The notes under the pieces are model-generated. The model was not told where the DNA came from and searched no databases. It saw nothing but the letters and a program-made list of their open reading frames with translations. A program made the position numbers and the translations under genes. A stretch of DNA of 60,000 bases, taken from the NCBI RefSeq assembly GCF_018350175.1, contig NC_058368.1:90336001-90396000 (forward strand), in the 5' to 3' direction. Below, piece by piece: positions 23,755 through 36,800 of the stretch; the stretch's first letter is position 1; each line of letters starts with the position of its first letter. Origin of the DNA: Felis catus. Its lineage: Eukaryota.

Positions 23755-26425
23755 TTTTTGTTTTTCAATTGTGGTAAAAGACACATCACCTAAAAATCAC
23801 CATGTTAACCATTTTTAAAAAAAATTTTTTAATGTTTATTTTTGAGAGAGAGAGCACAAGCCGGGGAGGGGCAGAGAGAGAGGGAGACACAGAATCCAAA
23901 GCAAACTCCAGACTCCAAGCTGTCCACACAGAGCCTGACATGGGGCTTGAACTTGTGAACTGTGAGATCATGACCTGAGCCAAAGTTGGCCACTTAACCG
24001 ACTGAGCCACCCTGGCACCCCTTACCCATTTTTTTAAGTTTATTTATTTATTTTGAGAGAGACAAAGATAGTGTGAGTGGGGGAGGGGCAGAGAGAGGGG
24101 GAGACAAAGAATCCCAATCAGGCTCCAAGCTGTCACTGCAGAACCTGACTTGGGGCTTGAACTCACGAACTGTGAGATCATGACCTGAGCTGAAGTTGGA
24201 CGTTTAACTGATTGAAACACCCAGGCACCCCACCATCTTAACCATTTTTAAGTGTACAGTTCAGTGGTGTGAAGTACATTCACATCTTGTGTAACCATCA
24301 CCACCACCCCCATCTGTCCATCAACTCTTTCCGTCTTGCAGAACTGAAACACTCACTCCCTATCCCCCTTCCCTGCCACCTCTGGGAACCACCACTCCCC
24401 TTTCTGTTCCTACAAACTTGACTGCCCAAGGTGCGTCTTATAAGAGTTCCTTTTGTGACTGGCTGATCTTATTAATATAATGTCCTCAAGGTTCATCCTC
24501 ATGGTAGCACATGTCAGAATTTCCTTCCTCTTTAAGGCTGAATAATATCCCATTGTATTTTATACCATGGTTGCTTAGCCATTCATCTTTTGATGGACAC
24601 TTGGTTTCCTTCCACCCTTTGGCTATTGTGTAATGCTGCTGTGAATGTGGGTGTGCAAATATTTCTTCAAGACCCTGCTTTCAGTTCATACGGATATACC
24701 CAGAAGTTGAATTGCTGGGAAGAAGTCAATGGGTAATTCAGTGTTTAATGTTTTGAGGACTTGCCATACCTTTTTCCACAATGACTCTACCATTTTACAT
24801 TCCCACCAGCAATGCCCAAGGGCTCCAGTTTCTCCCCATCCATGCCAATGCTTGTTATTTTCTGAGTTTTCTAATGGATGTGAAGTGGTATCTCATTGAA
24901 CTTTGGGTTTGCATTTCCCCAGTGATTAGTGATACCAAGCATCTTTTCATGTCTTACTGGCCATTTGTTTAGCCTCTATGAAAAATGTCTATTCAAGCCC
25001 TTCTTCACCTTTTTTAAAACTGGGTTGTTTGTAGTCAAGTTAGAGAAGTTATCTATATATTCTGCATATTGACCCATCAGATACATAATTTGCAAACATT
25101 TTCTCTCATTCCATGGGTTGTTTTCTCATTTTGATTATTATGCCTTTTGATACACAGAAGTTCTAAATTTTTATGTAGTCCAGTTTATCTATTTTTCATT
25201 TATTTCTTGCACTTTTGATGTCATATCCAAAAAATAATTGCCAATCCAATGTCATGAAGCTTTTTCTCTGTGTTTTGTTCTAAGAGTTTTTTGGCTTAGC
25301 TCTTGCATTTAGGTCTGTGCTCCAGTTTTTAGTGAATTTTCATGTATGGTGTGAGGTAAGGGTCCAGCTTCATCATTTTGCATGTGAATATCCAGTTCTC
25401 AGCACCATTTGCAATAAAAACTTAACCTGTTCCCCTTGAACAGTCTTGGCACCCTTGTCACACATCATTTGACCATATATTTGAGGGTTCAGTTCTGGGC
25501 TTTCAGTTCTGTTCCATTAATCTATATGTCTTTATGCCAGTACCACATTGTTTTAACTATTGCTTTATAGTAATTTTTTTAATGTTTATTTATTTTGAAA
25601 GAGAGGATGCAGAAGCAGAGCAAGCGGGAAAGAGAGGATCCCAAGCAGGCTCTGCACTGTCAACACAGAGCCTGACCCGAGGCTCCATCCCACAACTGTG
25701 AGATCATGACCTGAGCCGATATCAAGAGTCAGATGCTTAACCAACTGAGCTACCCAGGTGCCCCTGCTTATTAAGTAAATTTTTCAATCAGGAAGTATGA
25801 AACCTCCAACTTCATTTTCTTTGGCTATTGTTATGGCTTTTTGTGGTCCTGCCCTTGAGATTCCATATGAATTTTAGTAGATTTTTTTTTTCTGCATAAA
25901 AGTCATTGGGAGAGGGTGGCACCTGGGTGGCTCAGTCGGTTAAGCAGCCGACTTTGGCTCAGGTCATGATCTTGCGGTTTGTGGGTTTGAGCCCCACGTT
26001 GGGCTTTGTGCTGACAGCTCAGAGCCTGGAACCTGCTTCAGATTCTGTGTCTCTGTTGCTCTCTGCCCCTTCCCTGCTTGCGCTCTGTCTCTCTCTGTCT
26101 CTCAAAAAATGAATAAAAACCTTAAAAAAAATTAAAAATTAAAAAAAAAAAAGTCATTGGGGTTTTGATGAGGACTGCACTGAATCTGTAGATCACTTTG
26201 GGGAGTATTGACATCTTAATCTTATTTCCCCTAATCCATGACCACAAAATGTCTTTGTTTATTTTATGCCTTCTTTAATTTCTTTCAGCAAGATTTTGTA
26301 GTTTTCAGCCAACAAGTCTTTCACCTCCTTGACTAGGTTTATCCCTAAGCACTTTATTCTTTTCCATGTTGTCAGAAATGGAATTGTTTTCTTGATTTCC
26401 TTTTTGGATTGTTCAGTGTTTGTAT
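23755..26425 (-). mobile_element. Antisense L1M (3'UTR and decayed ORF2 3' part) with four inserted Can-SINEs (- ~23810-24021, - ~24028-24230, - ~25573-25764, + ~25917-26152)
   Basis: AGAATTTCCTTCCTCTTTAAGGCTGAATAATATCCCATTGT, CATTTTACATTCCCACCAGCAATG, TTTATGCCAGTACCACA, GCACTGAATCTGTAGATCACTTTGG. Confidence 0.8.
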
Positions 26426-27300
26426 ATCACATACGTTTTGGAAGTAGATCTGAGGTTAAACTTTTGGGTTTGATACTGGGTATGGGAGAAAGAGGGGGGG
26501 GTTACAAAGAAATGATTCTGTAGCATTGACTGTGCAGCTTAGAGAATAAAGCCACCATTTAAGGACCTGGGGAAGATGCAGGAAGAGCAAAATTGGAAGA
26601 ATTCAGTTTAGGGTGTATGAAGTGTGACGTCAAGCATAACGAACACTAAGAACGGACTACTGAAGAGAACAAACAGAGGTCATAGTGGCCTTGACGAGAG
26701 TTGCTCAGTGGAAAGACAGGAAGAAAAGCCTGACTGGAGTGGCCTTTAACTGGCACAAGGTGACGGGAGCAGGGTCACTTCTAAATCTTACCAAGTTTCC
26801 TCAGGAAAAGGCCCAGACCAACTTTAAGAGTGGAAGTTTTGTTTTCAACAAAAGCAGGTGGAAGGGTTAGCTACAAGTAGATGGGGTCAAACCACCAACG
26901 GTAGCATTATTCTAACTGGATATAGAGTCAGCAGCTGTGCTGAGGCAGTAAAGGATCTGAAACACCAATGATAACTCCCAAGAAGAAAGAGCCCTCCCTC
27001 AGACCTGGGACAGAGCAGGGCAGGAACCCAGGGGGTAAAACAGAGAGAAGCCTCTGACAGTAGCGGAGATGGATCAGGAAGTCCTAAAGGGAGAGGGCTC
27101 CACAGAGAGGTACAGCAGAAGATGGACCCCACTAACGGCTCAGTGCAGAAAGCTACCCGGACCCACATCTCCCTGACATGTATGACATCCTCCTGAAAGT
27201 GCAAAAGAATCTATATCATGAAAACGCATCAGAACAGTATCCCTCCAAGGCAGATGAAAACTGTACCCTAATATTTCAAAATGATCTAAAAAGAATTAGA

Positions 27301-27520
27301 GGGGCGCCTGGGTGGCTCAGTCGGTTAGGCGTCTGACTTTGGCTCAGGTCATGATCTCATGGTCCGTGAGTTCGAGCCCCACGTCAGGCTCTGCTGACAG
27401 CTCAGAGCCAGGAGCCCGTTTCAGATTCTTTGTCTCCCTCTGTCTCTGCCCCTCCCCTATTCATGCTCTGTCTCTCTCTGTCTCAAAAATAAATAAACGT
27501 TAAAAAAAATTTTTTTAAAG
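27301..27520 (+). mobile_element. Can-SINE (SINEC_Fc-like)
   Basis: Head GGGGCGCCTGGGTGGCTCAGTCGG; flanks AAAGAATTAGA repeated. Confidence 0.9.
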
Positions 27521-27685
27521 AATTAGAAATGACAGAAACTACTGAAGAATGGTATAAATAGAACTTTTAGAAAGCTCAGAAACAAAGTGACCAGTCAAAA
27601 GAAAAGAGAGTTGACAAGAGTCAGAAAAGAATTAGAAAAAAACTACAGAAATATTTCAGAAATAAGTGTCACATACAAAAAGACA

Positions 27686-27736
27686 GGGGCGCCTGGATGG
27701 CTCAGTTAAGTGTCTGACTCTTAAGCTCAGCTCAGG

Positions 27737-27767
<31 letters not shown>

Positions 27768-28052
27768 CCAACGTTTATTTATTTTTGGGACAGAGAGAGA
27801 CAGAGCATGAACGGGGGAGGGGCAGAGAGAGAGGGAGACACAGAATCGGAAACAGGCTCCAGGCTCCGAGCCATCAGCCCAGAGCCCGACGCGGGGCTCG
27901 AACTCACGGACCGCGAGATCGTGACCTGGCTGAAGTCGGACGCTTAACCGACTGCGCCACCCAGGCTCCCCACAGGTCTTGATCTTAGGGTCATGAGTTC
28001 AAGCCCTGCATCAGGCTCCATGCTGGGTGTGGAGCCTAGTTAAAAAAAAAAA
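27686..28052 (+). mobile_element. Can-SINE split by a young antisense SINEC_Fc (27741-27971)
   Basis: Host SINE resumes after the insert; CAGGTCTT duplicated at 27733-27740 and 27973-27980. Confidence 0.88.
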
Positions 28053-28058
28053 GAAAGG

Positions 28059-28257
28059 AAGCATAAGAGACTCTTAAAAACTGAGAACAAACTGAGGGTT
28101 GATGGGGGGTGGGAGGGAGGGGTGGGTGGGTGATGGGTATTGAGGAGGGCACCTTTTGGGATGAGCACTGGGTGTTGTATGGAAACCAATTTGACAATAA
28201 ATTTCATATATTGAAAAAATAAATAAATAAATAAAATTTAAAAAATAAAAAAGGAAG
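28059..28257 (+). mobile_element. 5'-truncated young felid L1 (3' terminal ~200 bp)
   Basis: Near-identical to window positions ~101-260; A-rich tail; AAAGGAAG on both sides. Confidence 0.85.
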
Positions 28258-28609
28258 AAAAATAAGTATTGCACAAGGAGAACGCAACAATGAATAGATA
28301 TCAAAGGATAAGGGAGGGTTGGGGGTCAGAGGAGGGCAAAACAAGTGAAGAAAGAGAAAAAAATAGTCAAAAGCCATAGTATAGAAGTCAGACAAAGAAG
28401 ATCCAACTTATGTTTAATGTAGGTCCCTGGAACTGAAAACCAAAGAGCATAGATAAAATAACAACTGATAGAAACTACCAGTCACGAAAACTTTTCTGAG
28501 TATAAAAAGACTTGAACGTGCACAGTGGAAGGGCCTGTTGTACAACTGGGAAAACCAGTACAGAATAGCCAATAATTGTTACAGAACATGGTAAAAACTA
28601 AAGATTTGA

Positions 28610-28815
28610 GGGGCACGTGGGTGGCACAGTCAGTTAAGCTCCTGACTTTGGCTCAGGTCTTCGTGTCATGGCTCATGAGTTAAAGCCCTACGTCAGGCTC
28701 TGTGCAGACAGCTCAGAGCCTGGAGCCCGCTTCAGATTCTGTGTCTCCCCCTCTCTCTGCTGTTACCCTGTGCTCTCTCTCTCTCTCTCAAAAATAAATA
28801 AACATTAATAAAAAA
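28610..28815 (+). mobile_element. Can-SINE
   Basis: Flanks AAAGATTTGA repeated. Confidence 0.85.
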
Positions 28816-28903
28816 TAAAGATTTGAAAAAATTGGGAGGACAACCAATCCAAAAAAGACCAAGTCATTTATGAAAGAATAAAATCAGACTGGGATCAGAC
28901 TTT

Positions 28904-29205
28904 TATTTCTTTTTTTTTTTTAATTTTTTTTTCAACGTTTATTTATTTTGGGGACAGAGAGAGACAGAGCATGAACGGGGGAGGGGCAGAGAGAGAGGGA
29001 GACACAGAATCAGAAACAGGCTCCAGGCTCTGAGCCATCATCCCAGAGCCTGACACGGGGCTCGAACTCACGGACCGCCAGATTGTGACCTGGCTGAAGT
29101 TGGACACTTAACCGACTGCGCCACCCAGGCGCCCCTCTTTTTTTAATGTTTATCTATTTATTTTGAGAGAAAGAAAAAGAGCGTGAGCGGTGGGCAGTGG
29201 CAGAA

Positions 29206-29237
<32 letters not shown>

Positions 29238-29368
29238 TCCCAAGCAGGCTTCTCACTCTCAGTGCAGAGCATGATGCAGGGCTTGATCTCACGAACCATA
29301 AAATCATGACCTGAGCCAAAATCAAAAGTCAGAAGGATGCTTAACTGACTGAGCCACCCAGGTGCCCC
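28904..29368 (-). mobile_element. Young SINEC_Fc inserted in the T-tail of an older Can-SINE
   Basis: Two antisense SINE bodies share one outer TSD, TGGGATCAGACTTT. Confidence 0.85.
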
Positions 29369-30724
29369 TGGGATCAGACTTTCAGATAACATTTTATACA
29401 AACAGTAACACCTCTAAGATATACAATTTTTAATAAAAATTATGCCTCACAGATTTTCTATCTGGCAAACTGAGGTTCAGGCAGTAAGTAAAGAATATGT
29501 AGGAATTTAAAAAATATACCAGCTCTTGAAGAATCTAATTAAGAACAATGTTCAGACAACCCAGAGACGTTTGGAGAAGCTTTGACTGAAGGTCTGGTGG
29601 GCACGTTGAATGTATTTGTAGAAACCAGACTAGCAAATGAGAATGAAATTGACAGACACTGTGTACATTTTCTATGCTCTGACAAGAAACAGTACAATGA
29701 AAACATGAGGTAAGAAGGCCTGGAAAGTAGAAAAAGCTCATTGCTTGCCTCGTTAACTAAGAGTGAAAGTAAATCACTGTATGTTGGCAGTGAAAGAGAG
29801 GAGGGAGGGGAGGAAAGGGTTACTCACTAATTTCAGTATTGCCCATAGCAGGGAGTCAACAGGGTCTAGAAAGAAAGGACCAGGGTACTAGATAAAGATA
29901 TTATTATAAAGGTGGGTATTAGAACATAAAGGCACACTTTCTAGGAAAAAAAAAAAAAAAAACTTGAGGGGGAAAGGATACAGTGAGTTTAAACAACTCT
30001 TTTGAGAATTTTGTATAAAAGTCAGCCAAGAATAAGAGGTCACTTTTCAGTTGGAGCATAACACATATACTCTAAAAAGCGCACAGATCGTAAGTGATAG
30101 CTCAGTGAACACAACGTGTGAGCACCACCCAGTTGAGGCACATAGGAGGGTCTGTGGGGCCAGCTCTGGCTACATCCAGTTGCCTAGAGGAAGGTCCTGG
30201 AGGTGGAAGGGTGAGATTTGGAGCCAGAATGGAGGGGGCCAGACCTGGCCTGCCTGTGAAGGAAGGCTGGCTGGTAGGCGTGGCTGTAATGGACTTCAGA
30301 TTGCTCCTCGGCCAGTTAAACAGGAGGCCAGAGGTTTGAGATTTGATTCAGCAGGGAGTGAGGCGGGCAGGTGGCTCCCAAGATTTGCACTGGAATGTGT
30401 GAGGTGGTCAGCTGCAGGAAGGGGAGGGACTAGCCTAGGAAAACACAGGACTCCCAGGCATCACGGCCTGTGAGCTCACTGTGGCTCTGGTGACTATCAC
30501 ACAGGACGGTCGTTGCCAAGACCACATCCTTGAGTCCGTCTCTTTTTCTGGCACTGAGAGTTTGATCCTCTGAGGTGCTCTGTGGCCTACAAGTCCATTC
30601 GCAGTCCTGGTCCCTTTGGGGAACCTCAGGCAGGAAGCAGAATCTCTATATTAGGGCTCTGTTGGTCTGGACTGGGGTTGTACCCTGTGGTTTGAGCGAT
30701 TTGTCATGAAAGTTTATTTCTGAA

Positions 30725-30919
30725 TTTTTTTATTTTTTTAAGTTTATTTATTTTGAGACAGAGTGCAAGTGGGGGAGGGGTGGAGAGAGAGGAAGAGAGA
30801 GAGAATCCCAAGCAGACTCTGTGCTGCGATGTGGAGCTCAAACCCACGAAGCTGTGAGATCATGACCTGAGCTGAAACCATGAGTCAGACACTTAACCAG
30901 CTGAGCCACCCAGGTGCCT
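30725..30919 (-). mobile_element. Can-SINE
   Basis: Flanks TATTTCTGAATTT repeated. Confidence 0.85.
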
Positions 30920-31628
30920 CTATTTCTGAATTTCTGAAATCAGCCAGGGGCAAAAGGATGCACTGTGGATGGGAACCTAGCAGAGTTCTCTTCTTTTTTT
31001 TTTTTTTTTTCCTTTTTTCCGTCTTTATTAAAAACAGCACCTCTGGGGTAAAATTAACATACAACATGCCGTATATATCCAAAGAATACAGTTTGGTGAG
31101 TTTAACATGTATTCCTTGTGAAACCATCACCACAGCCAAGAAGAGGGTTTTCTTACAGGGAACACAGAGACAGTGAGGTACTGCAGGAAGCCATCCAGCA
31201 TCCCTACCCCTGCCACTTGGTGGATGGGACCATGGCAAGGGGGTCACAGACAACAGGACCCAGACCGGAGCATGACACACAGAGGAGGAGCTGACTGGCT
31301 CACAAGCCAAGAAGTCCATGCAGTCAGCCGCCTATCCCCAGAGAGGCCTCTCCCCATTGGACTGGGCTTTCTGCCAAGAGGGCAATGTTCCCAGGTGGTG
31401 TATAGACCAGGATGCTGGCAGCAGCCCTGCATCCTCCTTGGCTCCTCCTGACATTCCCTGTGGTCACCACAGCATTTCCTTGGTGGCGCCTGGGTGATGC
31501 AGTGCCTTCAACCCACCCTGAGCCCAGGGGCAGGAAATGCTGATTAGTTCAGGGCCATCACCCCAGTTCTTGGTGGAGCCCATTGGGTGTGGGGCCCAGA
31601 GGGAAGAGAGATGTGCCCCCCACATGCT

Positions 31629-31850
31629 GGGGTGCCTGGGTGGCTCAGTTGGTTAAGTGTCCGACTTCAGCTCAGGTCATGATCTCAGGGTTCATGGGTT
31701 CGAGCCCCGCATTGGACTCTGTGCTAACAGCTCGGAGTCTGGAACCTGCTTCAGATTCTGTGTCTCCCTCTGTCTCTGCCCCTCCCCAACTCATGCTCTG
31801 TCTGTCTCTTTCTCTCTCAAAAACGAATAAACATTTTTTAAAAAATTTTT
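31629..31850 (+). mobile_element. Can-SINE
   Basis: Canonical head, CT tract and tail. Confidence 0.88.
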
Positions 31851-33357
31851 AATGGGGAGCTGCTACTGGCAAGAGGGGAGCCAGTGACATGTGTCCACCT
31901 AAGAGCAGTGTTGTTCCCACCAGCAGGTGTTCAGGGAGGAAGCTGAGGGGAGAATAGACAGAATGGGTGCCAGCTCTGGACCACCTGACCCCCTGGGCCA
32001 GGGGACAAGATAAGCACAGGCCATTACATCAAGCTCACCTGGAATTCAGGTCCCTGCAGGCTGAACAGTGGACAAGCAGAGGGCAGATGTCAGGTGTCAC
32101 CCGCTGCCGGTGCTTCCCTGAGGAGATAGGTTTGCCTGGGGAGGGGTTCCAGAAAACCAGGGGAAGAGCTCTGAAGGTTAGGGTTCTCCTGCAGACCTTC
32201 ATCCCCGATGCCTCCCTTCCCTGCTGCCAGCCCCACATTGCCCTCCACCCTGGGATGTTCCCAGAACCACACCAGGGTCCATTTCTCTTGCCCTTTGGCT
32301 CTCTGCGCAGTGGGAAAGTGGATTGCCAGGCTCCTACATGGAGGAGGCCCTCTTCTAACATAAGGCCCTGTTCCTGGTTAGCCCCTGTGGGGGGTGTACC
32401 CCGTGGCAGAGATCGGGACTCCTCCTCACACACACCCAGTCCTAGTGTGCTGGAAGCCACTGCATACCGGTGAGGAGAACCCAGCCTCAAGCTGGCATAG
32501 GTGTCCAGAGCAAAGAGGTGGTGTGGCCACTGAAGACTGCACCACACGCTAGACATGTGGACCAGAGGAAGACAGGAGCAGGGAGCTTTGGGGGCAATAA
32601 CTAGCCCTCCAGAAGCCCCTTCTTCTTTGAGGGGACCTTGAGGGCACAGTGGACAGGTCGCCTGAGGGAGAGAGGACAGGAGAGGGCTCCTTCCCTCAAT
32701 TGGCAGTCATCAAGGGCACATGCAGAAGGGATGGCCTCAATCAGGACTCTGGCGATCTGGAAAGGGCAGGCCGGGCCATCAGGTCAGGACTGTGCTGGCC
32801 AACCTGGCCCCAATGTCGCCCTGCCTCTGCTCCACTTTCCCTGTATGACTCCTCGCCTGGGCCCCATGGGACCCACTGCACTTTCTTGACAGTCCCAGCG
32901 TGAGCTGATCCCTGTGACCAGGGGTCGTGTGCTCAAACGTCGGGCAGCACTACTATGGGACAATCTGGGCAGATGTACTTACCCCTTCAGCAGGGTCTAT
33001 ACCCCAGAGGCTGGAGTGAGGAAGGTGCCCCAGGGAGCAAGGAGCACCACCAACCAGGCTCTTGAGGGGCACACAGGGGCTCCGGGCCCTGACCTCAGAG
33101 AAGGCCTGGCAGCATGGGCCTTAGGACCCTTCCCCTAAGAGATCAGCCACTGTGAAAGGGCTTGGTGAAGGGAAGACAGCGTGGATGTCCTGCTGGGCCA
33201 CAGCATGGCCTCCTGCTCGGCCAGACCTGGTGCTTCTCTGCCCATACTTCCCACCCACCTCAGTCCAGCAGCCAGCACTTGTGACTGACGTGCAAGTCAG
33301 AGGCCCCACAAGGGGCTCACTCACTGGGTGCCTTCCCTTCTGTGTTGTGTTTTTCAG

Positions 33358-33519
33358 CCTTGCCCAGCTCCTCCAAAGGCGTCAGATCAGCTCACCAGCC
33401 CCTCCACACCCCTTGGTGGCCGCCAAAGCTCCAGCGTGCAGGATGCACCGACCTCTTCCCAGGGTCTGCTCAAACTCTTCCAGAGAAATTCGCCCATGGA
33501 GGACCTGGGGGCCAAGGGG
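33358..33519 (+). CDS. TBC1D9B: TBC1D9B exon 8 (162 nt; Ser/Pro-rich linker)
   Basis: ttttcag|CCT TGC; PCPAPPKASDQLTSP...SQGLLKLFQRNSPMEDLGAKG; donor |GTGAG. Confidence 0.9.
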
Positions 33520-33809
33520 GTGAGCCAGAGCATGGACTCCACTGCCATGTAGGACCCAGGCCTGGGAGGAGGCCAGGGACATCCTGCCTAACCCAAGGGG
33601 CACAGCTGGTCACCACAGTCTCTAGGCCTCTGCAGGGAGGTTCATTTCCCTGATGCCTGCGGCTGGTGCTGTGCCAAGCCCAGCCTGGGCCCTCAGCATT
33701 TTTATCAGGAGCCCTTGTAAATCTTCATTCTAGATGGAGGAGGGCCCAACACCTGCACCTCAGCCCCCGGCTGACTGGTGCTCACAGACCCCATCTGCTT
33801 CTCCCCCAG

Positions 33810-33960
33810 GCTAAGGAGAAGATGAAAGAGGAGTCGTGGAACATTCACTTCTTTGAGTACGGGCGTGGTATGTGCATGTACCGCACGGCCAGAACGCGGG
33901 AGCTGGTGCTGAAAGGCATCCCCGAGAGCCTCCGGGGAGAGCTGTGGCTCCTCTTCTCTG
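33810..33960 (+). CDS. TBC1D9B: TBC1D9B exon 9 (151 nt; start of TBC domain)
   Basis: [54 protein letters not shown] boundaries. Confidence 0.96.
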
Positions 33961-34451
33961 GTGAGCTGCCCCAGCTTTGGCCCGGATCCTCGGGGGCCCC
34001 TGCATGAGAGCTCCACTGAGTCAGCCAGGCGGGAACGGCCAGCCCTTTACAAGGCCGAAAGGGGGCTCTCGTCTGTGAGGGGCCCACGTCAGGAAAGCCA
34101 CCGTGGAGAGCAGACACCAAGGACAGGGTGCCGTCTCCCGGCTGGTACCTTCCCACTTGCAGTGAGCGGCAGGTCCCCTGAGGCCTCCTTTCCTTGGGAC
34201 AGGCCCTGACAGCATACACTCTCCTTGGCCACTTGGACAGTTTCATGAGAATGCTGTTTAAACTCTGGTGGGGACAACCCCTCCCAGGAGCAGTCACAAG
34301 GGAACCTTTGTCTCACCCCTCTTAACGGACCCCAGAGTTCCACTTCTCTTCTGTGGTGCATTGACATCTCCAGCCTGCCCTGTCACTGCCCCCACGGTTT
34401 CAGGAGGGGAGGAGGAGGAGAGAGAGACAGCTGGCAGCTGTGTCTCCACAG

Positions 34452-34666
34452 GGGCCTGGAATGAGATGGTGACTCACCCTGGCTACTACGAGGAGCTGGT
34501 GGAGAAGTCCACAGGGAAGTACAGCCTGGCCACAGAGGAGATTGAGCGAGATCTCCACCGCTCCATGCCTGAACACCCCGCCTTCCAGAATGAGCTCGGG
34601 ATCGCTGCTCTCCGGCGGGTGCTGACCGCCTACGCTTTCCGAAACCCCACCATCGGCTATTGTCAG
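34452..34666 (+). CDS. TBC1D9B: TBC1D9B exon 10 (215 nt; catalytic IxxDxxR and YxQ motifs)
   Basis: [12 protein letters not shown]...[18 protein letters not shown]...[13 protein letters not shown]; donor |GTAAAG. Confidence 0.97.
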
Positions 34667-34879
34667 GTAAAGGGGATTGGCTAGGCCCAGAGACCACATC
34701 TCTCACCAGCAGCTCCTACAAGCAGAGCCTGGCGCCCTGAGCCTTAGCGATGGCCTCACAGACTGTGACTGTGCCCCCCGACCCCCCGGGAAAAGCCCGA
34801 TCACAGATAGAGGTGTAATTAGAAACAGTATTAATTGCTCGCTCTCCTGTGTGCCCTGGCCTGGGTCCTGGAGCATTTG

Positions 34880-35600
34880 ACTGTTTAGTGTTTGTGGTAA
34901 AATGTAAACAACATGTTAAGCATACGCTTCAGTGGCGTGAAGTGTGTCATTGTGCAACCATCCCCACCATCCATCTCCAAAACTCTTCTCATCTTGCAAA
35001 ACTGAAGCTCTGTACTCCTGAAAACAACCTCCCTGGCAGCCCCCCTTCTTCTTTCCGTCTCGATGGATTTGCCCTCTCTAAGTGCCTCATCTGAATGCAG
35101 TCACACGCTGTTTGTCGTTCCGTGGCTGGCTTCGTTCGCACAGGGTCCTCAAGGTTCATCTGTGTTGTAGCACATGTCAGAATTTCCTTCCTTTTGGAGG
35201 CTGAATAATATTCATTCTGTGTATATATCATACTTGGTCCATCCATCCATCTGTACACAGACGCTGGGTTTGCTTCTGCCTTCTGGCTATTGTGAATAAT
35301 GTGCCATGAGCATGCGTGTGCAGTATCTGCTCCTGTCCCTGCTTTCATTTCTTTTGTGTGTATACCCAGAAGTGAAATTGCTGGATCGAATGGTAATTCT
35401 ACCTTTAATTTTTTTTTTTAGGGATTGCCATAGTGTTTCCCAGCAGCTGCACCATTTTAGATTCCCACCAGCAGTGCACGAGAGTTCCAGTAACCCCACA
35501 TCTCACCAAACTTGTTTTCTGGTCTTTTGATAAGAGTTGTCCTAATGGCATGAGTGTGGTGGCATCTCATGGTGGTTTTGATTTGCATTTCTGGTGGCAT
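34880..35600 (-). mobile_element. Antisense L1M 3' remnant
   Basis: CAGAATTTCCTTCCTTTTGGAGGCTGAATAATATTC...TATACCCAGAAGTGAAATTGCTGGATC. Confidence 0.75.
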
Positions 35601-36183
35601 TTGATTTCACATACAGGGGACATTTTCCTGGCCCAATCACATGGCTTTCTGTTTCCCTGAGACTGCAATCTGGATTTCAGGGAGCATGCCACCTCCTCAA
35701 AGGTCACTTTCTATAAAACCAGTGTTCTGCATGACGTGTCGCCGGTTCACGGAAAGTCAGGGCGCTGGCTTTAAAGAATTTTTAAGATAATCACCACCAC
35801 CAAAGCGTTCTTCTTACAAGCCTGTCTATCAGCTCAGGCCGTGTACGGTCCCATTTGGCCTCGGCCGCCCTGCTGCCATGTAGCTGTCATGGGCAGCTCA
35901 CTTACACATCTTCCTGGCCCGTGTCACACCTCCGACACTAAAAACCACTCTGAAGAAGTAGCGTCACATGCTCATATCCTCCTCAGCTTTCCAAGTGCCC
36001 ACTGGCTCGACTTGAGGGACTTGGCAGATGGTTTTTGTCCAATCGATTTCCTGCAAATTGCCTTTTGGCAAGTTGCCTGGAGTTGGGTGGGAGGCCATGC
36101 AGGACACTGGGTGGGGGAACGGTCAGTTAGTTATATGCAGTGGCCAGCTCCGGGAGCCTCCCTTGCTGTCTCTGTGCTCACAG

Positions 36184-36301
36184 GCCATGAACATCGTCAC
36201 CTCAGTGCTCCTGCTCTATGGCAGCGAGGAGGAGGCCTTCTGGCTGCTGGTGGCCCTCTGTGAGCGCATGCTGCCCGACTACTACAACACCAGAGTGGTG
36301 G
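36184..36301 (+). CDS. TBC1D9B: TBC1D9B exon 11 (118 nt)
   Basis: [39 protein letters not shown]; donor G|GTGAGT. Confidence 0.96.
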
Positions 36302-36607
36302 GTGAGTGCCTGCGGCCCGGCTTTCCCTGCGGGAGTAGCGGCCTCCCTGTGCCAGGCTCTCCACTGAGCACACAGCACAAGTGAGTGGAGGCCTCACAGA
36401 CGTGCAACAGGCTGCAGACAGTCACGGCTCCCTTTCTACGGATGAAGAGGCTGGAAAGTGGAGATCCAAACACAGACCCCCTACCATCTCACTGAGCCTT
36501 TACACATTGCCCTCGGAGTGGCTGGCAATGAGAAGATACTACACAGTCAGTGGTTTTTAAAGGAGAGCCTGGGGCCTAAATTCTCATCCATCCAACTCTT
36601 CCTAAGC

Positions 36608-36800
36608 CTTTTTTTTTAAGTTTATTTTTGTTTATTTTTGATAGAGAGCAAGTAGGGAAGGGGCAGAGAGAGAATCCTAAGCAGGCTCCGCGCTGTCAGC
36701 ACAGAGTCCGATGCAGGGTTCGAACTCACAAACCACAAGATCGTGACCTGAGACAAAATCAAGAGTTGGACACTTAACTGACTGAGCCATTCAGGCGCCC
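36608..36800 (-). mobile_element. Can-SINE
   Basis: Poly-T and body; flanks CTAAGCCTTTTT / TTAAGTCTTTTT. Confidence 0.85.

Larger units (their letters stand above)
26900..29940 (+). mobile_element. Ancient ORF1-type L1/HAL1 remnant heavily interrupted by SINEs
   Basis: Degenerate ORF1p motifs: RQRRSNLCLM*VP at ~28390, KIRLGSDF at ~28880, and an (IF)YLANL/PAKL-like segment at ~29450; no ORF2 follows. Confidence 0.55.
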
